Assembly (NCBI GenBank): GCA_947626095.1 | Contig: CANQQV010000003.1 | Span: forward strand, 32,001 to 96,000 | Direction of reading: 5' to 3' | DNA length: 64,000 nt | From: an uncultured Bacilli bacterium | GTDB taxonomy: Bacteria > Bacillota_I > Bacilli_A > RF39 > UBA660 | Shown here: in pieces, positions 40,760 through 50,473 of the stretch | Numbering within the stretch: position 1 is the stretch's first letter | Layout: the number at the start of each line of letters is the position of its first letter | Notes under the pieces: generated by a model | Database searches by the model: none | What the model was told of the DNA's origin: nothing | What the model saw: the letters and a program-made list of their open reading frames with translations, nothing else | Position numbers and translations under genes: made by a program

Positions 40760-41695
40760 TTATTCATAATTATTTTCATAAAATTCTTCAAAAATATCTA
40801 AAAGATATTCTCGACAAGCAATTGCTTTCTTCCATTCCTCAGGTATTAATTCATCACCATATATAATTCCTGATAAACCACCAGTTAAAGCGCCAATCGT
40901 ATCCGTATCATCACCTAGATTAACTGCGCCAATTATTGCTTCCTTAAAGTTCTCACTCTGTAAAGTAACCCATATCGCACTTTCCAAAGTATCAACAATA
41001 TAACCCGTTGATGCGATATCATTTATTGTCAATTTTGCAATATCATCTTTTAATAAACGATCATAAACTTTTCTCGTTTCTTCACTAAACATCGAATAAT
41101 CAATACTCTTAATCATACTATAAGCTGCAAATTTATCTTTTCCGTTAAGTAAAAACATTGCATATCTTACATATATATAGCAACCCATTATACTTATTTC
41201 ATGCGCATGAGTTAAAGAAGATACATCACGAACAACATCTAAGATTTCGTTATCTTTTAATCTTTTCTCTACGGCATAATAAGCAATTGGTAATATACGC
41301 ATTAATGAACCATTACCATTTGATTTAATATCACTTAAACCACAAGTATAAGGATCATGGCTCTCTTCATAATTACAGATTGATTGCAAACAAGTTCTAC
41401 CAATATCAAACACTTCACCTAAAGCTGTATAAGTCGCATGATTTTTCCATGCTACAAATTTAAGTGCAATATCATTTAAATCTATGGTTTGTTTCGAATT
41501 AATTGAATCAATCGTTGCAATCATCATTGAAGTATCATCTGACCATGTTCCCGCTGGTAGATTATAAGTCCCATTACCTGTCATTTTTGTAATAGGATTC
41601 TTTAGTAACTCATGACGTGAAACAAATTCAACTGGTACACCAAAAGCATCCCCAATAACAAAACCCATTAAACCACCAAGATATTTCGACTTCAT
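40760..41695 (-). CDS. ADP-ribosylglycohydrolase (DraG/ARH family)
   Basis: GDAFGVPVEF, WSDDTS, GNGSLMR, LTH, GDDTDT. Confidence 0.93.
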   Translation of the reverse strand: MKSKYLGGLMGFVIGDAFGVPVEFVSRHELLKNPITKMTGNGTYNLPAGTWSDDTSMMIATIDSINSKQTIDLNDIALKFVAWKNHATYTALGEVFDIGRTCLQSICNYEESHDPYTCGLSDIKSNGNGSLMRILPIAYYAVEKRLKDNEILDVVRDVSSLTHAHEISIMGCYIYVRYAMFLLNGKDKFAAYSMIKSIDYSMFSEETRKVYDRLLKDDIAKLTINDIASTGYIVDTLESAIWVTLQSENFKEAIIGAVNLGDDTDTIGALTGGLSGIIYGDELIPEEWKKAIACREYLLDIFEEFYENNYE

Positions 41696-41861
41696 AATCT
41701 CACCCACCTAGTAATATTTTACCAAATGTAATTTATAAAGTCTATTTTTTATTTTTATTAAATCTCATTTCAACAAACAAGTTTTTATAATACCTGTATA
41801 AAAGAAATTTATTTGAGCAATCTATATAATAAAAATACCTAAATAAGTGAGGTGATTTCTA

Positions 41862-42146
41862 TTGAAGAGTAATGATATTTTAGCTATAAACTTAAAATAT
41901 TATCGTTATTTGTCAAAACTTTCTCAAGAGAAATTCGCCGAAGCTTTAGACACAAGTTTAATATACGAAAACCAATTAGAGAAAAAAAGACGAAATCCTT
42001 CTTTAGAAATGTTAGATAAACTATCAACAGGTATCTCCAAACTATTAAAAACTCATATAACATCTGCTGATTTAATAAAATATGATGAAAAAAAGATTGT
42101 TAATCATAAACGAATAGATGAAACAAAAAGAACTAGTGAATCCTAG
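41862..42146 (+). CDS. XRE-family HTH protein
   Basis: NLKYYR..SKLSQEKFAE.L...LE..RRNPSLEML; TTG start after GAGGTGA. Confidence 0.8.
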   Translation: MKSNDILAINLKYYRYLSKLSQEKFAEALDTSLIYENQLEKKRRNPSLEMLDKLSTGISKLLKTHITSADLIKYDEKKIVNHKRIDETKRTSES

Positions 42147-42153
42147 TTCTTTT
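42126..42153. terminator. Bidirectional terminator between the XRE and alpha-CTD genes
   Basis: AAAAGAACTAG...CTAGTTCTTTT. Confidence 0.75.
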
Positions 42154-42364
42154 AATTATACATTTTTTTATTTAAATCTAAACCCTCTAATTGTAAAGCA
42201 ATCACCATACTTTTTATCTCAACATCATTAAAACCTTGTTCCTTTAAATCTTTACGTTTCAAAATCCATAAATCATTTACAGTATTAATTTTTGCTTCTT
42301 TTAATTTCTTAGTTAATTCAGGAGATAAATTTAATTTGCTTATCTGTTCATCAATATTTACCAT
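42152..42364 (-). CDS. Stand-alone RNA polymerase alpha-CTD-like domain protein
   Basis: ISKLNLS....KKLKEAKINTVNDL...LQLEGLDL aligns by eye with RpoA CTD (IEELDLS...LKRAGINTV.EL...L.ELGL.L). Confidence 0.7.
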   Translation of the reverse strand: MVNIDEQISKLNLSPELTKKLKEAKINTVNDLWILKRKDLKEQGFNDVEIKSMVIALQLEGLDLNKKMYN

Positions 42365-42367
42365 TAT

Positions 42368-42859
42368 TTATTCCCCCTTTTCTTGTTCTGTAATAAAATC
42401 AATTACATATTTTTTACACTCATCATACGACATATCTAGAGCTATCCCTAATGTCGTATATAAATATTTTTCACTTAAATTAAAATAATTATTATCTTTT
42501 TCGGCAATCTTTTTTCCACAATTTAAACGATTTTGATTACGTATATATGTAGTTTTAATTATTTTAGCTAAATCCAAAGGATTTTGTGTACTTAATAATT
42601 CTTTATAAACATTCTCTAATGACTTTTCATCTGTCTTAATACACTTAACATCTTTTATCGCTTTAATAATATCCAGAGCTTGTTCTTTTGTTAAAATATT
42701 TTGGATATCTTTAGCATCTACTGGTACTTTAAGAGTTAACGATTCATCATTTACGGGAGTCAAAACGTAATAATCACGATCTTGAAAATACTTTTCTTTA
42801 ATATCCCTAACCTGACATACTTCTCTTTTATATAAAATATAATCATTTATTTTATACAT
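42368..42859 (-). CDS. CarD family transcriptional regulator
   Basis: YKINDYILY...VCQV..I, YYVLTP, LKVPV, GKKIAEKD..Y...EKYL. Confidence 0.85.
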   Translation of the reverse strand: MYKINDYILYKREVCQVRDIKEKYFQDRDYYVLTPVNDESLTLKVPVDAKDIQNILTKEQALDIIKAIKDVKCIKTDEKSLENVYKELLSTQNPLDLAKIIKTTYIRNQNRLNCGKKIAEKDNNYFNLSEKYLYTTLGIALDMSYDECKKYVIDFITEQEKGE

Positions 42860-42877
42860 AAAACCTCCCCTTTCCTT

Positions 42878-42939
42878 AAAAAGACGAGTAGCTCAACTGG
42901 ACTTACGCCTAAGCTACTCGTTGTATTAATATTATAACA
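42878..42939 (-). promoter_or_regulatory. carD promoter (TGnTATAAT) and GC-rich leader hairpin followed by a U-run
   Basis: ACGAGUAGCU-uaggcguaaguccaguug-AGCUACUCGU-CUUUUU between the predicted TSS (about 42924) and the GGAGG RBS. Confidence 0.6.
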
Positions 42940-42962
42940 TTTTTTCTTTCTCTTAGTAAGTT

Positions 42963-43697
42963 TTATTTAAACGGAATAAGAAGTTTTTCATCAAGTTTAG
43001 AAGCATCAAAACGATAATGCCCTGTTATCTTATAATTTGTAATAACATCTTCTTCTCTATTTAACTGACCACCATTATGAATAATATATGTATATCCTTT
43101 TTCATTACGACGATCAGATATCATTCCTACATGATTATTATTTAAAAAGACTATATCGCCCGCTTGCCATTCAGCTATCTTTTTATAATCATTAGTTAAA
43201 CTAATCGCATTTCTTTTAAAAAATACTCTTAAATTATTTACTCGACGAAAGTCAATATTCTTATCTCTATTTTCAATATCAGGATAATCACTAGGATGCA
43301 TCTTAATATCATTATCGACCATGTCTCTTAAACTATAACCTGCATTTTTAAAAGCACGCCATATCACATCCGTACAAACTCCTTCACTATCTGGTGGATA
43401 CGAATCAGCATAATACTTACTAATATAAGTCGGATGATTTTCAGCATCTTGACGAGCTCCTAATAAAAAGTCTGAGTAATCATCAATATCATCATTATCA
43501 AAATCAACACTACTATAAACAGTTTTTATATCAAAGTCTTTGCCCATATAATATTTCTTAGGAATTAAGTTACATTTATTCATCACAAAAATTACTACTA
43601 CAGTAAAAACTAAGATAATACAAATTATAAGGAAATTACGTAAAACATGTTTCTTTAAACCATCAGATAAATTTTGCAAGAAAATCACCCTTTTCAT
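42963..43697 (-). CDS. DUF1287 (YijF-like, NlpC/P60-related) exported protein
   Basis: GVCTDVIWRA, DKNIDFRRV.NL..FF, WQAGDIV, HVGMISD, IIHNGG, ITGHYR. Confidence 0.85.
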   Translation of the reverse strand: MKRVIFLQNLSDGLKKHVLRNFLIICIILVFTVVVIFVMNKCNLIPKKYYMGKDFDIKTVYSSVDFDNDDIDDYSDFLLGARQDAENHPTYISKYYADSYPPDSEGVCTDVIWRAFKNAGYSLRDMVDNDIKMHPSDYPDIENRDKNIDFRRVNNLRVFFKRNAISLTNDYKKIAEWQAGDIVFLNNNHVGMISDRRNEKGYTYIIHNGGQLNREEDVITNYKITGHYRFDASKLDEKLLIPFK

Positions 43698-43726
43698 ATT
43701 TTATTATACAAAATTAATATGGCCTT

Positions 43727-44545
43727 TTAAAGATTTTTCTCCCATTTCTTTTTAAGTAACGGTTTAATATCAATAACTACTGGTGATGGTAAAAGATCAC
43801 TAAGTTCACAAGCCATCTCTTGATAATTTACTTCACCAATTACTTTAGCTAAATACTCTAAAGCGCCAATAAAATCTTTTAAACTTATTCGTTTAGCTTT
43901 TCTTAATAAACAATAAGCAATTGTTAATCTTAAAGTCCTATTAATTTTATCATACAACTCATCTAATTGATTATCATCATTAATTTTTCTAGCAAACAAA
44001 GCATATATTTCTTCCCACTCTCTATCAGTTATCATAATTGGTGGTAAATTATAAACTCTATTTAATACATTATATTCAAAATTTATTCGTTTCTTGACAT
44101 CATCTATTGTTAAAAAGACAAATGGCTCTGGCCATAGTTCATCATCATTTCTTTTTTCCTTTGCCATATTCTTTATATCATCATTTAAAAAGTCATTACT
44201 ACTATAAAAAGAACAAGATATATTATAAGGATCATCATCATTTAATTTGATAATATTAGTATCATGACAATTTATTCTTTTACTTTCTTTTACTACATCC
44301 TTAACCATAACTGCTATAGCACAACCACTAACATACATTGTTCCAATAACTAATGGCGTTAAATCTTTAAGTAACAAACTTGCTAAAACTGCCATTGAAA
44401 AAGGCGCAAAAGCAATAAGTGCTTTCTTTTTATTCTCTTTATTTATCTTTTGCATATTAGCTTCCGTTTTACTAACTAAATCATCTAATTGCCAAAGATA
44501 AAGTTCTTCTGTTAATGTTCTAATCTCTCCATTATGTATTTTCAT
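43727..44545 (-). CDS. Hypothetical protein with two N-proximal TM segments
   Basis: 272-aa ORF with GAGGG RBS; hydrophobic hairpin at about aa 42-82. Confidence 0.65.
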   Translation of the reverse strand: MKIHNGEIRTLTEELYLWQLDDLVSKTEANMQKINKENKKKALIAFAPFSMAVLASLLLKDLTPLVIGTMYVSGCAIAVMVKDVVKESKRINCHDTNIIKLNDDDPYNISCSFYSSNDFLNDDIKNMAKEKRNDDELWPEPFVFLTIDDVKKRINFEYNVLNRVYNLPPIMITDREWEEIYALFARKINDDNQLDELYDKINRTLRLTIAYCLLRKAKRISLKDFIGALEYLAKVIGEVNYQEMACELSDLLPSPVVIDIKPLLKKKWEKNL

Positions 44546-44599
44546 CCCAATACCCTCTTTAGCAAAGATAATTTATCATAAATAAAAAGAATTAGCAAC

Positions 44600-45334
44600 T
44601 TAAAGAGCTAATTCTTGATTCCTTTTTTTAATAATAAAATAATATACTAAACCCGATATTACTAATCCTGTTACTTCTAAGGTTAACATTGGTGGAAAAT
44701 ACTTAAGCCATGGATATAATACCATTACATTATCAGGTATTTTCGTTGAAAATATATAATTAGTCTTAAAAGCCAAATTAAACGGATACATAATTAACAT
44801 TAAAAAATTAGTTAAGATAAAGGTTTGAATATAGTTTTTAAACTCAACATGATAATTTAGTGCATAATAAGAAAATAAACTAAGGGAAATAAAACAATGA
44901 TGCGATATAACATATTGCCAGAAATTAAAATTATCAATCGTTGAAACTAAATTCGGCCATAAAATAGCTGGTATTGGCCCTATAAATGATAAAAAGATAG
45001 TTATCTTTAAAATATTCTCTTTATTAAACAAAATACCAAACATAAATAAATAATTAGCAATAAAACATAAATGTAATGGTAAATGCTCTTTATAATCAAA
45101 ACTACCAAAATATAAATTACCAAAAGTAAAAATAAGCATATTAATAAATAATATAATCGCTCCTATTTTTAAAATTCTTTTACTGGTCTTTACTGGTATT
45201 TTAGCAATTTTATTTCTTTTTAAATAAATAATAATTAAAACTATTACTACTAACCCAATAAATATATTATGTATTAAACCAAATTGTTTAAACAAAAACT
45301 TAGGATGCTCATTAACAAAGAACTCTCTTAACAT
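44600..45334 (-). CDS. YwaF/TMEM164-like integral membrane protein
   Basis: FGLIH, LPLHLC, Y.ISH, TNYIF motifs. Confidence 0.8.
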   Translation of the reverse strand: MLREFFVNEHPKFLFKQFGLIHNIFIGLVVIVLIIIYLKRNKIAKIPVKTSKRILKIGAIILFINMLIFTFGNLYFGSFDYKEHLPLHLCFIANYLFMFGILFNKENILKITIFLSFIGPIPAILWPNLVSTIDNFNFWQYVISHHCFISLSLFSYYALNYHVEFKNYIQTFILTNFLMLIMYPFNLAFKTNYIFSTKIPDNVMVLYPWLKYFPPMLTLEVTGLVISGLVYYFIIKKRNQELAL

Positions 45335-45374
45335 CTTTTCCTATCCTCCAATTAAAAAGACAGAATAATCTGTC

Positions 45375-45890
45375 TTAACTAGTTTTGAATTGAATAATAA
45401 TTCCTAGTACAAAAACTACTAAAACAACTATCGATAAAACATTACTACTCATTGTAATTAAAACTGGTAAATAAGCTTTAATAATTGCTGACCCAGCTAG
45501 TGAAGAAACTAAAATCATTATTGGTTTAATAAAGAAAGTCGCTAACATTCCTGCTAAAGCTGAAATAACTAATCTTACTACTAACATCATATTAGCATCT
45601 AACCCATTAATCTGGATATTTAAAGAGCCATATACTAAGTAAGCCACGGCAATTAATACGGCCAGCTTTTCTAATTTAAATCCTAAAGATCCTAGTACTA
45701 AACCCGCTACTATTTCTATAATAATATTAACTTGTTTACTTAAATCAAAATAAGTAAGAACATATTGAGCTACCATATACCCCATTGCAAACCAAGCTAA
45801 TATTATAATTAACTTTTGAATTTTAAAACCACTTGTACAAAGGGCTAATCCAATTAAAACCGCCCCAATCGCTAAAATATTATTATCCAT
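45375..45890 (-). CDS. DUF4203/TM7S3-like membrane protein
   Basis: GLALC..GFK; repeated G-rich TM helices; SSLAGS; GIIIQ C-terminus. Confidence 0.7.
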   Translation of the reverse strand: MDNNILAIGAVLIGLALCTSGFKIQKLIIILAWFAMGYMVAQYVLTYFDLSKQVNIIIEIVAGLVLGSLGFKLEKLAVLIAVAYLVYGSLNIQINGLDANMMLVVRLVISALAGMLATFFIKPIMILVSSLAGSAIIKAYLPVLITMSSNVLSIVVLVVFVLGIIIQFKTS

Positions 45891-48495
45891 TTTTCTTACC
45901 TTCTTTTACTCTATATATTACTTTATAAACTTCAAACACTGCTATTACTATTAATGACAATAATAATAAATTAATTACTGTTTTAAATGGTAATGGTGCT
46001 ACCTTTAAGAATCTAGCTGTTAAAGGTATTTCAGCTATAACAACTTGTAATAAAATTGAACCAACAACCGTTACTAAAACTAAAGGATTATCTAGTAATG
46101 ACTCTTTAAACACCGTTCTTTTTTCACTACGACAATTTAAAACATTAACATTTTGAATAAATACCATTAACATCATAATAATTGCACGTGCTGTTGTTAT
46201 ATTAGTACCTCTATCCATAATATACTTCCATACTAAGAATACTGTTACACTTATTGTTATGCCTAAAATCATTACTTCGATCATTAGGTCTCTAGAAAAT
46301 AATGATTCTTTAGTATCACGTGGCTTTTCTTTCATAATCGCTTTTTCAGTTTTTTCAAAAGATAAAGCTATATCTTGCATTCCATCAGTTACAATATTTA
46401 ACCATAATAACTGAATAGCTACTAATGGTATATCATAACCAAAGGCAATTGAAAGTAAGAAGAATGCTACTTCTGCAAAGCCACAACCTAATAAGAATAA
46501 AGTTATTTTACGAATATTACTATAAGCAGTTCTTCCTTCTTCAATACCCGCTACTATTGAGGTAAAATTATCATCTGCCACAATCATTGAAGCAGTTTCT
46601 TTCGCTACATCCGTACCACTACCCATCGCAATACCTATATTAGCTGACTTAATGGCTGGTGCATCATTAACACCATCACCTGTAACAGCCACAAACTCCC
46701 CTTGTCTTTTTAATGAATTAACAATATCTAATTTATCCATAGGTGTTACACGGGAAAATACTCTTATATGTCCAACAAACTCATCAAATGCTTCTTCACC
46801 CATCTCACGGTATTTGGCGACATCTTTACCAGTTGCTACTTCTGAAGCATCTTTACATAAACCTAAATCTAAAGCTATCGCATAAGCCGTAAGTGGATGA
46901 TCACCTGTAATCATCATTACTTTAATTCCAGCATTTTTACATTCTTTAATTGAATCTTTTACTTCGACTCTAATTGGATCAATAAAAGCAACCATACCCT
47001 TAAAGTCTAACTTTTTAATATCTTCTTTACTCGTTCCTTTTACTTTACCATCAGCTATCGCAATTACACGATAACCCTTACCAGTTAAATCCTGATTTTG
47101 ATTATGATACTTTTGATTCTCTTCGGAAAAAGCCATAACTTTTTCTAAAGAGCCCTTAACTGTACAATATAGTTCATTATTCTTCTTATAAAAAACAGCT
47201 GAATATTGATTTTCTGACTCATAAGGAATAATCTCTTCTACTTCTGGTATATCATCTATTTTCATTTTCTTAGCTAAACTTAAAAAAGCTATATCTATTG
47301 AATCGCCAAATGATTCCCATTCATCGTCTTTTTTCTCTAAATGAGCTTCATTATTTAAGGCCCCTAATAATGCAATTTCATAAGCTTTATCCATATTAGC
47401 TTTATCTACTGCTGTAACTTTACCATTATCATTATATCCAGTTCCACTTATTTCGTATGTTGAACCATCTTTAGCTACAATCATTTTAGCTGTCTGTTCA
47501 TTCACGGTTAATGTCCCCGTTTTATCTGAAGCAATAACTGTACAACTACCTAATGATTCAACGGCATTTAATTTCTTTACAATAACATTCTTCTTAGCCA
47601 TTCGCTTAGAAGCAATGGTTAAAGCCATTGTTAAAGCAAGTGGTAATCCTTCTGGCATCGCTGATACTGATAAAGCGATAACACATAGAAATATCTCATT
47701 AGTTGGATATCCCTTAACTAATAAGATAACTGTTGTAATAATCGCAATTAAAACAATAATAATACTAATTTGTTTGGAAAACTTTTCTGTTCTAATCGTT
47801 AAAGGTGACTTTTCTTCTTTCGTATTAGTTACCTTATCAGCAATATGACCTATTTCGGTATTTGTTCCAATTGCTGTAACAATTGCATGTGCACGACCTG
47901 TTATAACTGCAGTTCCGGCATAAACCATATTAATACGTTCAGCTAGTGTTGCTTCCTTATTTATTTCTTCTGCAGTTTTAACTACTCCAACACTCTCTCC
48001 CGTTAAAGCTGACTCATCAACCTGAAAATTATGACATTCAATAATACGGGCATCAGCAGATATCTTTGTTCCACTTTCTAAAACAATAATATCGCCTACT
48101 GTTACTTCACTAGAATCAATTTCTATCTCTTTATTATTTCTAATTACTCTAGTTGTAACTTTAATCATATTAATTAGACTTTGTGCATCTTTACGAGCTT
48201 TCCATTCTTCAAAGGTTCCCATTAAGACATCAACTAAAATAATAAAGATTAAAGCAATCGCATCAACTACTTCATGAGCGACAAAAGATAAAATTACGGT
48301 CACTACTAAAATAATCTCAATTGGATTATAAAATTGCGAAATAAATATTTTAAAAATACTATCTTGTTTCGCTTGTGGTAGTTCATTTTTACCATATTTT
48401 TCTTGATTACTTTTAACTTGTTCTGAAGTTAAACCTGTCTTTTTACTTTTTAATTCTTTTAATACTTCATCTGTACTTTTAGCAAAATAATTCAT
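45883..48495 (-). CDS. P-type (P2A, Ca2+-like) cation-transporting ATPase
   Basis: TGES, PEGL, DKTGT, KGS.E, MITGDH, TGDGVND, QLLWLNIVTD. Confidence 0.95.
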   Translation of the reverse strand: MNYFAKSTDEVLKELKSKKTGLTSEQVKSNQEKYGKNELPQAKQDSIFKIFISQFYNPIEIILVVTVILSFVAHEVVDAIALIFIILVDVLMGTFEEWKARKDAQSLINMIKVTTRVIRNNKEIEIDSSEVTVGDIIVLESGTKISADARIIECHNFQVDESALTGESVGVVKTAEEINKEATLAERINMVYAGTAVITGRAHAIVTAIGTNTEIGHIADKVTNTKEEKSPLTIRTEKFSKQISIIIVLIAIITTVILLVKGYPTNEIFLCVIALSVSAMPEGLPLALTMALTIASKRMAKKNVIVKKLNAVESLGSCTVIASDKTGTLTVNEQTAKMIVAKDGSTYEISGTGYNDNGKVTAVDKANMDKAYEIALLGALNNEAHLEKKDDEWESFGDSIDIAFLSLAKKMKIDDIPEVEEIIPYESENQYSAVFYKKNNELYCTVKGSLEKVMAFSEENQKYHNQNQDLTGKGYRVIAIADGKVKGTSKEDIKKLDFKGMVAFIDPIRVEVKDSIKECKNAGIKVMMITGDHPLTAYAIALDLGLCKDASEVATGKDVAKYREMGEEAFDEFVGHIRVFSRVTPMDKLDIVNSLKRQGEFVAVTGDGVNDAPAIKSANIGIAMGSGTDVAKETASMIVADDNFTSIVAGIEEGRTAYSNIRKITLFLLGCGFAEVAFFLLSIAFGYDIPLVAIQLLWLNIVTDGMQDIALSFEKTEKAIMKEKPRDTKESLFSRDLMIEVMILGITISVTVFLVWKYIMDRGTNITTARAIIMMLMVFIQNVNVLNCRSEKRTVFKESLLDNPLVLVTVVGSILLQVVIAEIPLTARFLKVAPLPFKTVINLLLLSLIVIAVFEVYKVIYRVKEGKKNG

Positions 48496-48615
48496 CTATT
48501 TACCTCTTCTCTGAAGAACATCTTTATCTTTATACCTATTACCAAAAATTATACCATATCTAATCATTGATTTCTATACTTTATAAGCATCAAAAAAGCT
48601 TGTTCTAAAACAAGC

Positions 48616-49416
48616 CTATAAAAATGTTTCACGGTATTTATTTACACCAGTTAATAACGTCTGATCTAATACTTCAAATCTTAAAGAAATCTTTGCTTCC
48701 TTTAATCTTTTCATTAAACTATCTTTATGCTGTGGATACTTTATTGCTAAACGATATAATTTTAAATATTCTTCTAACATATCTACCATGGTATCTTCAC
48801 TTATCGGTGCTGTTACATTACTATTTGGCACAATACGATAAGTAAAAAATGATTCTTTAAAACTCGTATAACTCTTAGCTTTACATAAAGCAGTTAAAGT
48901 AAAAGCAATATCTTCATATCTCTTACATTCAGGAAAAGTAATATCTTTTAATAGTTCTCTTTTAAAACATTTAGTTGGACACCCTAAATACTCCGTATCT
49001 GCGATTCTTTCTTCTAATGACTTATCTTCTTCTGTCATATAGACAAATTCCCCAGTACTTCTTTTCTTAGTAAAATCTAAGAAAATAACATCTTCACCCT
49101 TAATCGTTTTAACAAGTTTCTCTAAAGATTCATTACTAGTTAAATAATCATCACTATCTAAAAAGATAATATAATCCCCCGTCGCTTCCTTTAAGCCACA
49201 ATTTCTTGCACCTCCAGCTCCACGACGATTAGTTTTTAATACTTTAAAACTATTATATTTCTTTACTTTCTCTAAACTATCATCTGTACTACCATCATCA
49301 ACGACTATTACTTCATAATTCTTATATGTCTGATTAGTAATACTATCTAAGCAATCATTAATATATTCTCCCTTATTATAATTAGGTACTATAAAAGTAA
49401 ATTTTATCTCACTCAT
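48616..49416 (-). CDS. GT2 glycosyltransferase
   Basis: IVPNYN, VDDGSTD, ARN.GL, FLDSDD, YED. Confidence 0.92.
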   Translation of the reverse strand: MSEIKFTFIVPNYNKGEYINDCLDSITNQTYKNYEVIVVDDGSTDDSLEKVKKYNSFKVLKTNRRGAGGARNCGLKEATGDYIIFLDSDDYLTSNESLEKLVKTIKGEDVIFLDFTKKRSTGEFVYMTEEDKSLEERIADTEYLGCPTKCFKRELLKDITFPECKRYEDIAFTLTALCKAKSYTSFKESFFTYRIVPNSNVTAPISEDTMVDMLEEYLKLYRLAIKYPQHKDSLMKRLKEAKISLRFEVLDQTLLTGVNKYRETFL

Positions 49417-50473
49417 CTTTACCCACCTTATCATTTAAAGCATATTCTAAATAGTTAGCAAATTCTTCTTTTAATTTACCACCATCATACTTTTCTATAC
49501 TTTCTCTATTTTCTTGCGATAACTCTTCTAGTATTTCTCTATTATTATATAATTCTTTTAATTTAGCTTTTAACTTTTTCTTTACTTCTTCATCCTTTAA
49601 GCCATTTTGTCTTTCCCCAATTATATATTCTTGTTCTTTTGGCCCTAGTACTTCTTTAACTACTCCAACATCCGTTGTTACAATTGGAATTCCACAGTAC
49701 ATTGCTTCCAAAACTGGTAAAGGCGTTCCTTCATGAATTGATGTACATAAACATACATCTATTTCTTTATAGTAATCTAGCATTTCTTTTCTACTTCTTA
49801 GTTTCTCATTACGATCAGCATAATAACCTTTTATATCGTAACCTTCCGTCACTAATTCATCTATTACTGGTTTAATAATTGTATTTAAACCCTTTAAATC
49901 GATATCATTAACTTTTCTTGCACTATTGCCTACCCACCCAACGACAAACGTTCTATTTAAATTTTCAAAACGTTCTAAATTAAGTGGTTTTAAATTACTA
50001 TAATCAATTACATCATGAACTACCCCATAAGGCTTTTTATACTCTTTTACTTTTATATACTCTTTATATAGTTTCTTCGAAGAAACATAATACGTACAAG
50101 TATATTTATTAAATATATCTTGATACTTCAAAATATTTTCTTCATCTAAATATAAGAAATCATAAACTCCTGTTGATAATTTACTACTTAATTTTTTAAT
50201 AAACTCCTCAAAGTCCCCTTTAATATGTCCTTTAAATTCTAACGAATCTAATAGTAATAAAGACTTACGCCAAAAGAAATGAATTAAATCACAATCTAAA
50301 TTGCGTTCAATCACCTCGTATAATTCCTCTGGTTTATTGTACATATCAAAATAATCAATACGTATTTCATACCTATCTCTTAAATCTTTTTTTAACTGAT
50401 TAGCAATAATATCAAATGCCCAACCACGAGCATCACATATTAAACATATTTTAAGTTTAACTAACTTACTCAT
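49409..50473 (-). CDS. GT4 glycosyltransferase
   Basis: GWVGN, KGL, EGTPLPVLEAM..G.PIVTTDVG (EX7E). Confidence 0.88.
   Translation of the reverse strand: MSKLVKLKICLICDARGWAFDIIANQLKKDLRDRYEIRIDYFDMYNKPEELYEVIERNLDCDLIHFFWRKSLLLLDSLEFKGHIKGDFEEFIKKLSSKLSTGVYDFLYLDEENILKYQDIFNKYTCTYYVSSKKLYKEYIKVKEYKKPYGVVHDVIDYSNLKPLNLERFENLNRTFVVGWVGNSARKVNDIDLKGLNTIIKPVIDELVTEGYDIKGYYADRNEKLRSRKEMLDYYKEIDVCLCTSIHEGTPLPVLEAMYCGIPIVTTDVGVVKEVLGPKEQEYIIGERQNGLKDEEVKKKLKAKLKELYNNREILEELSQENRESIEKYDGGKLKEEFANYLEYALNDKVGKDE

Noticed and set aside
41774-41787. CAAAC-AAGT-TTTTA between ARH and XRE as a LexA box
   Set aside because: The right half-site lacks the G present in all four good copies.
42890-42905. AGUCCAGUUGAGCU in the carD leader as a PyrR-binding loop
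   Set aside because: It does not fit the ARUCCNGNGAGGYU consensus and no pyr genes follow.
48496-48600. yybP-ykoY (Mn) riboswitch before the P-type ATPase, or before the metal permease at 52415
   Set aside because: The leaders are short and AT-rich and lack the conserved riboswitch core.
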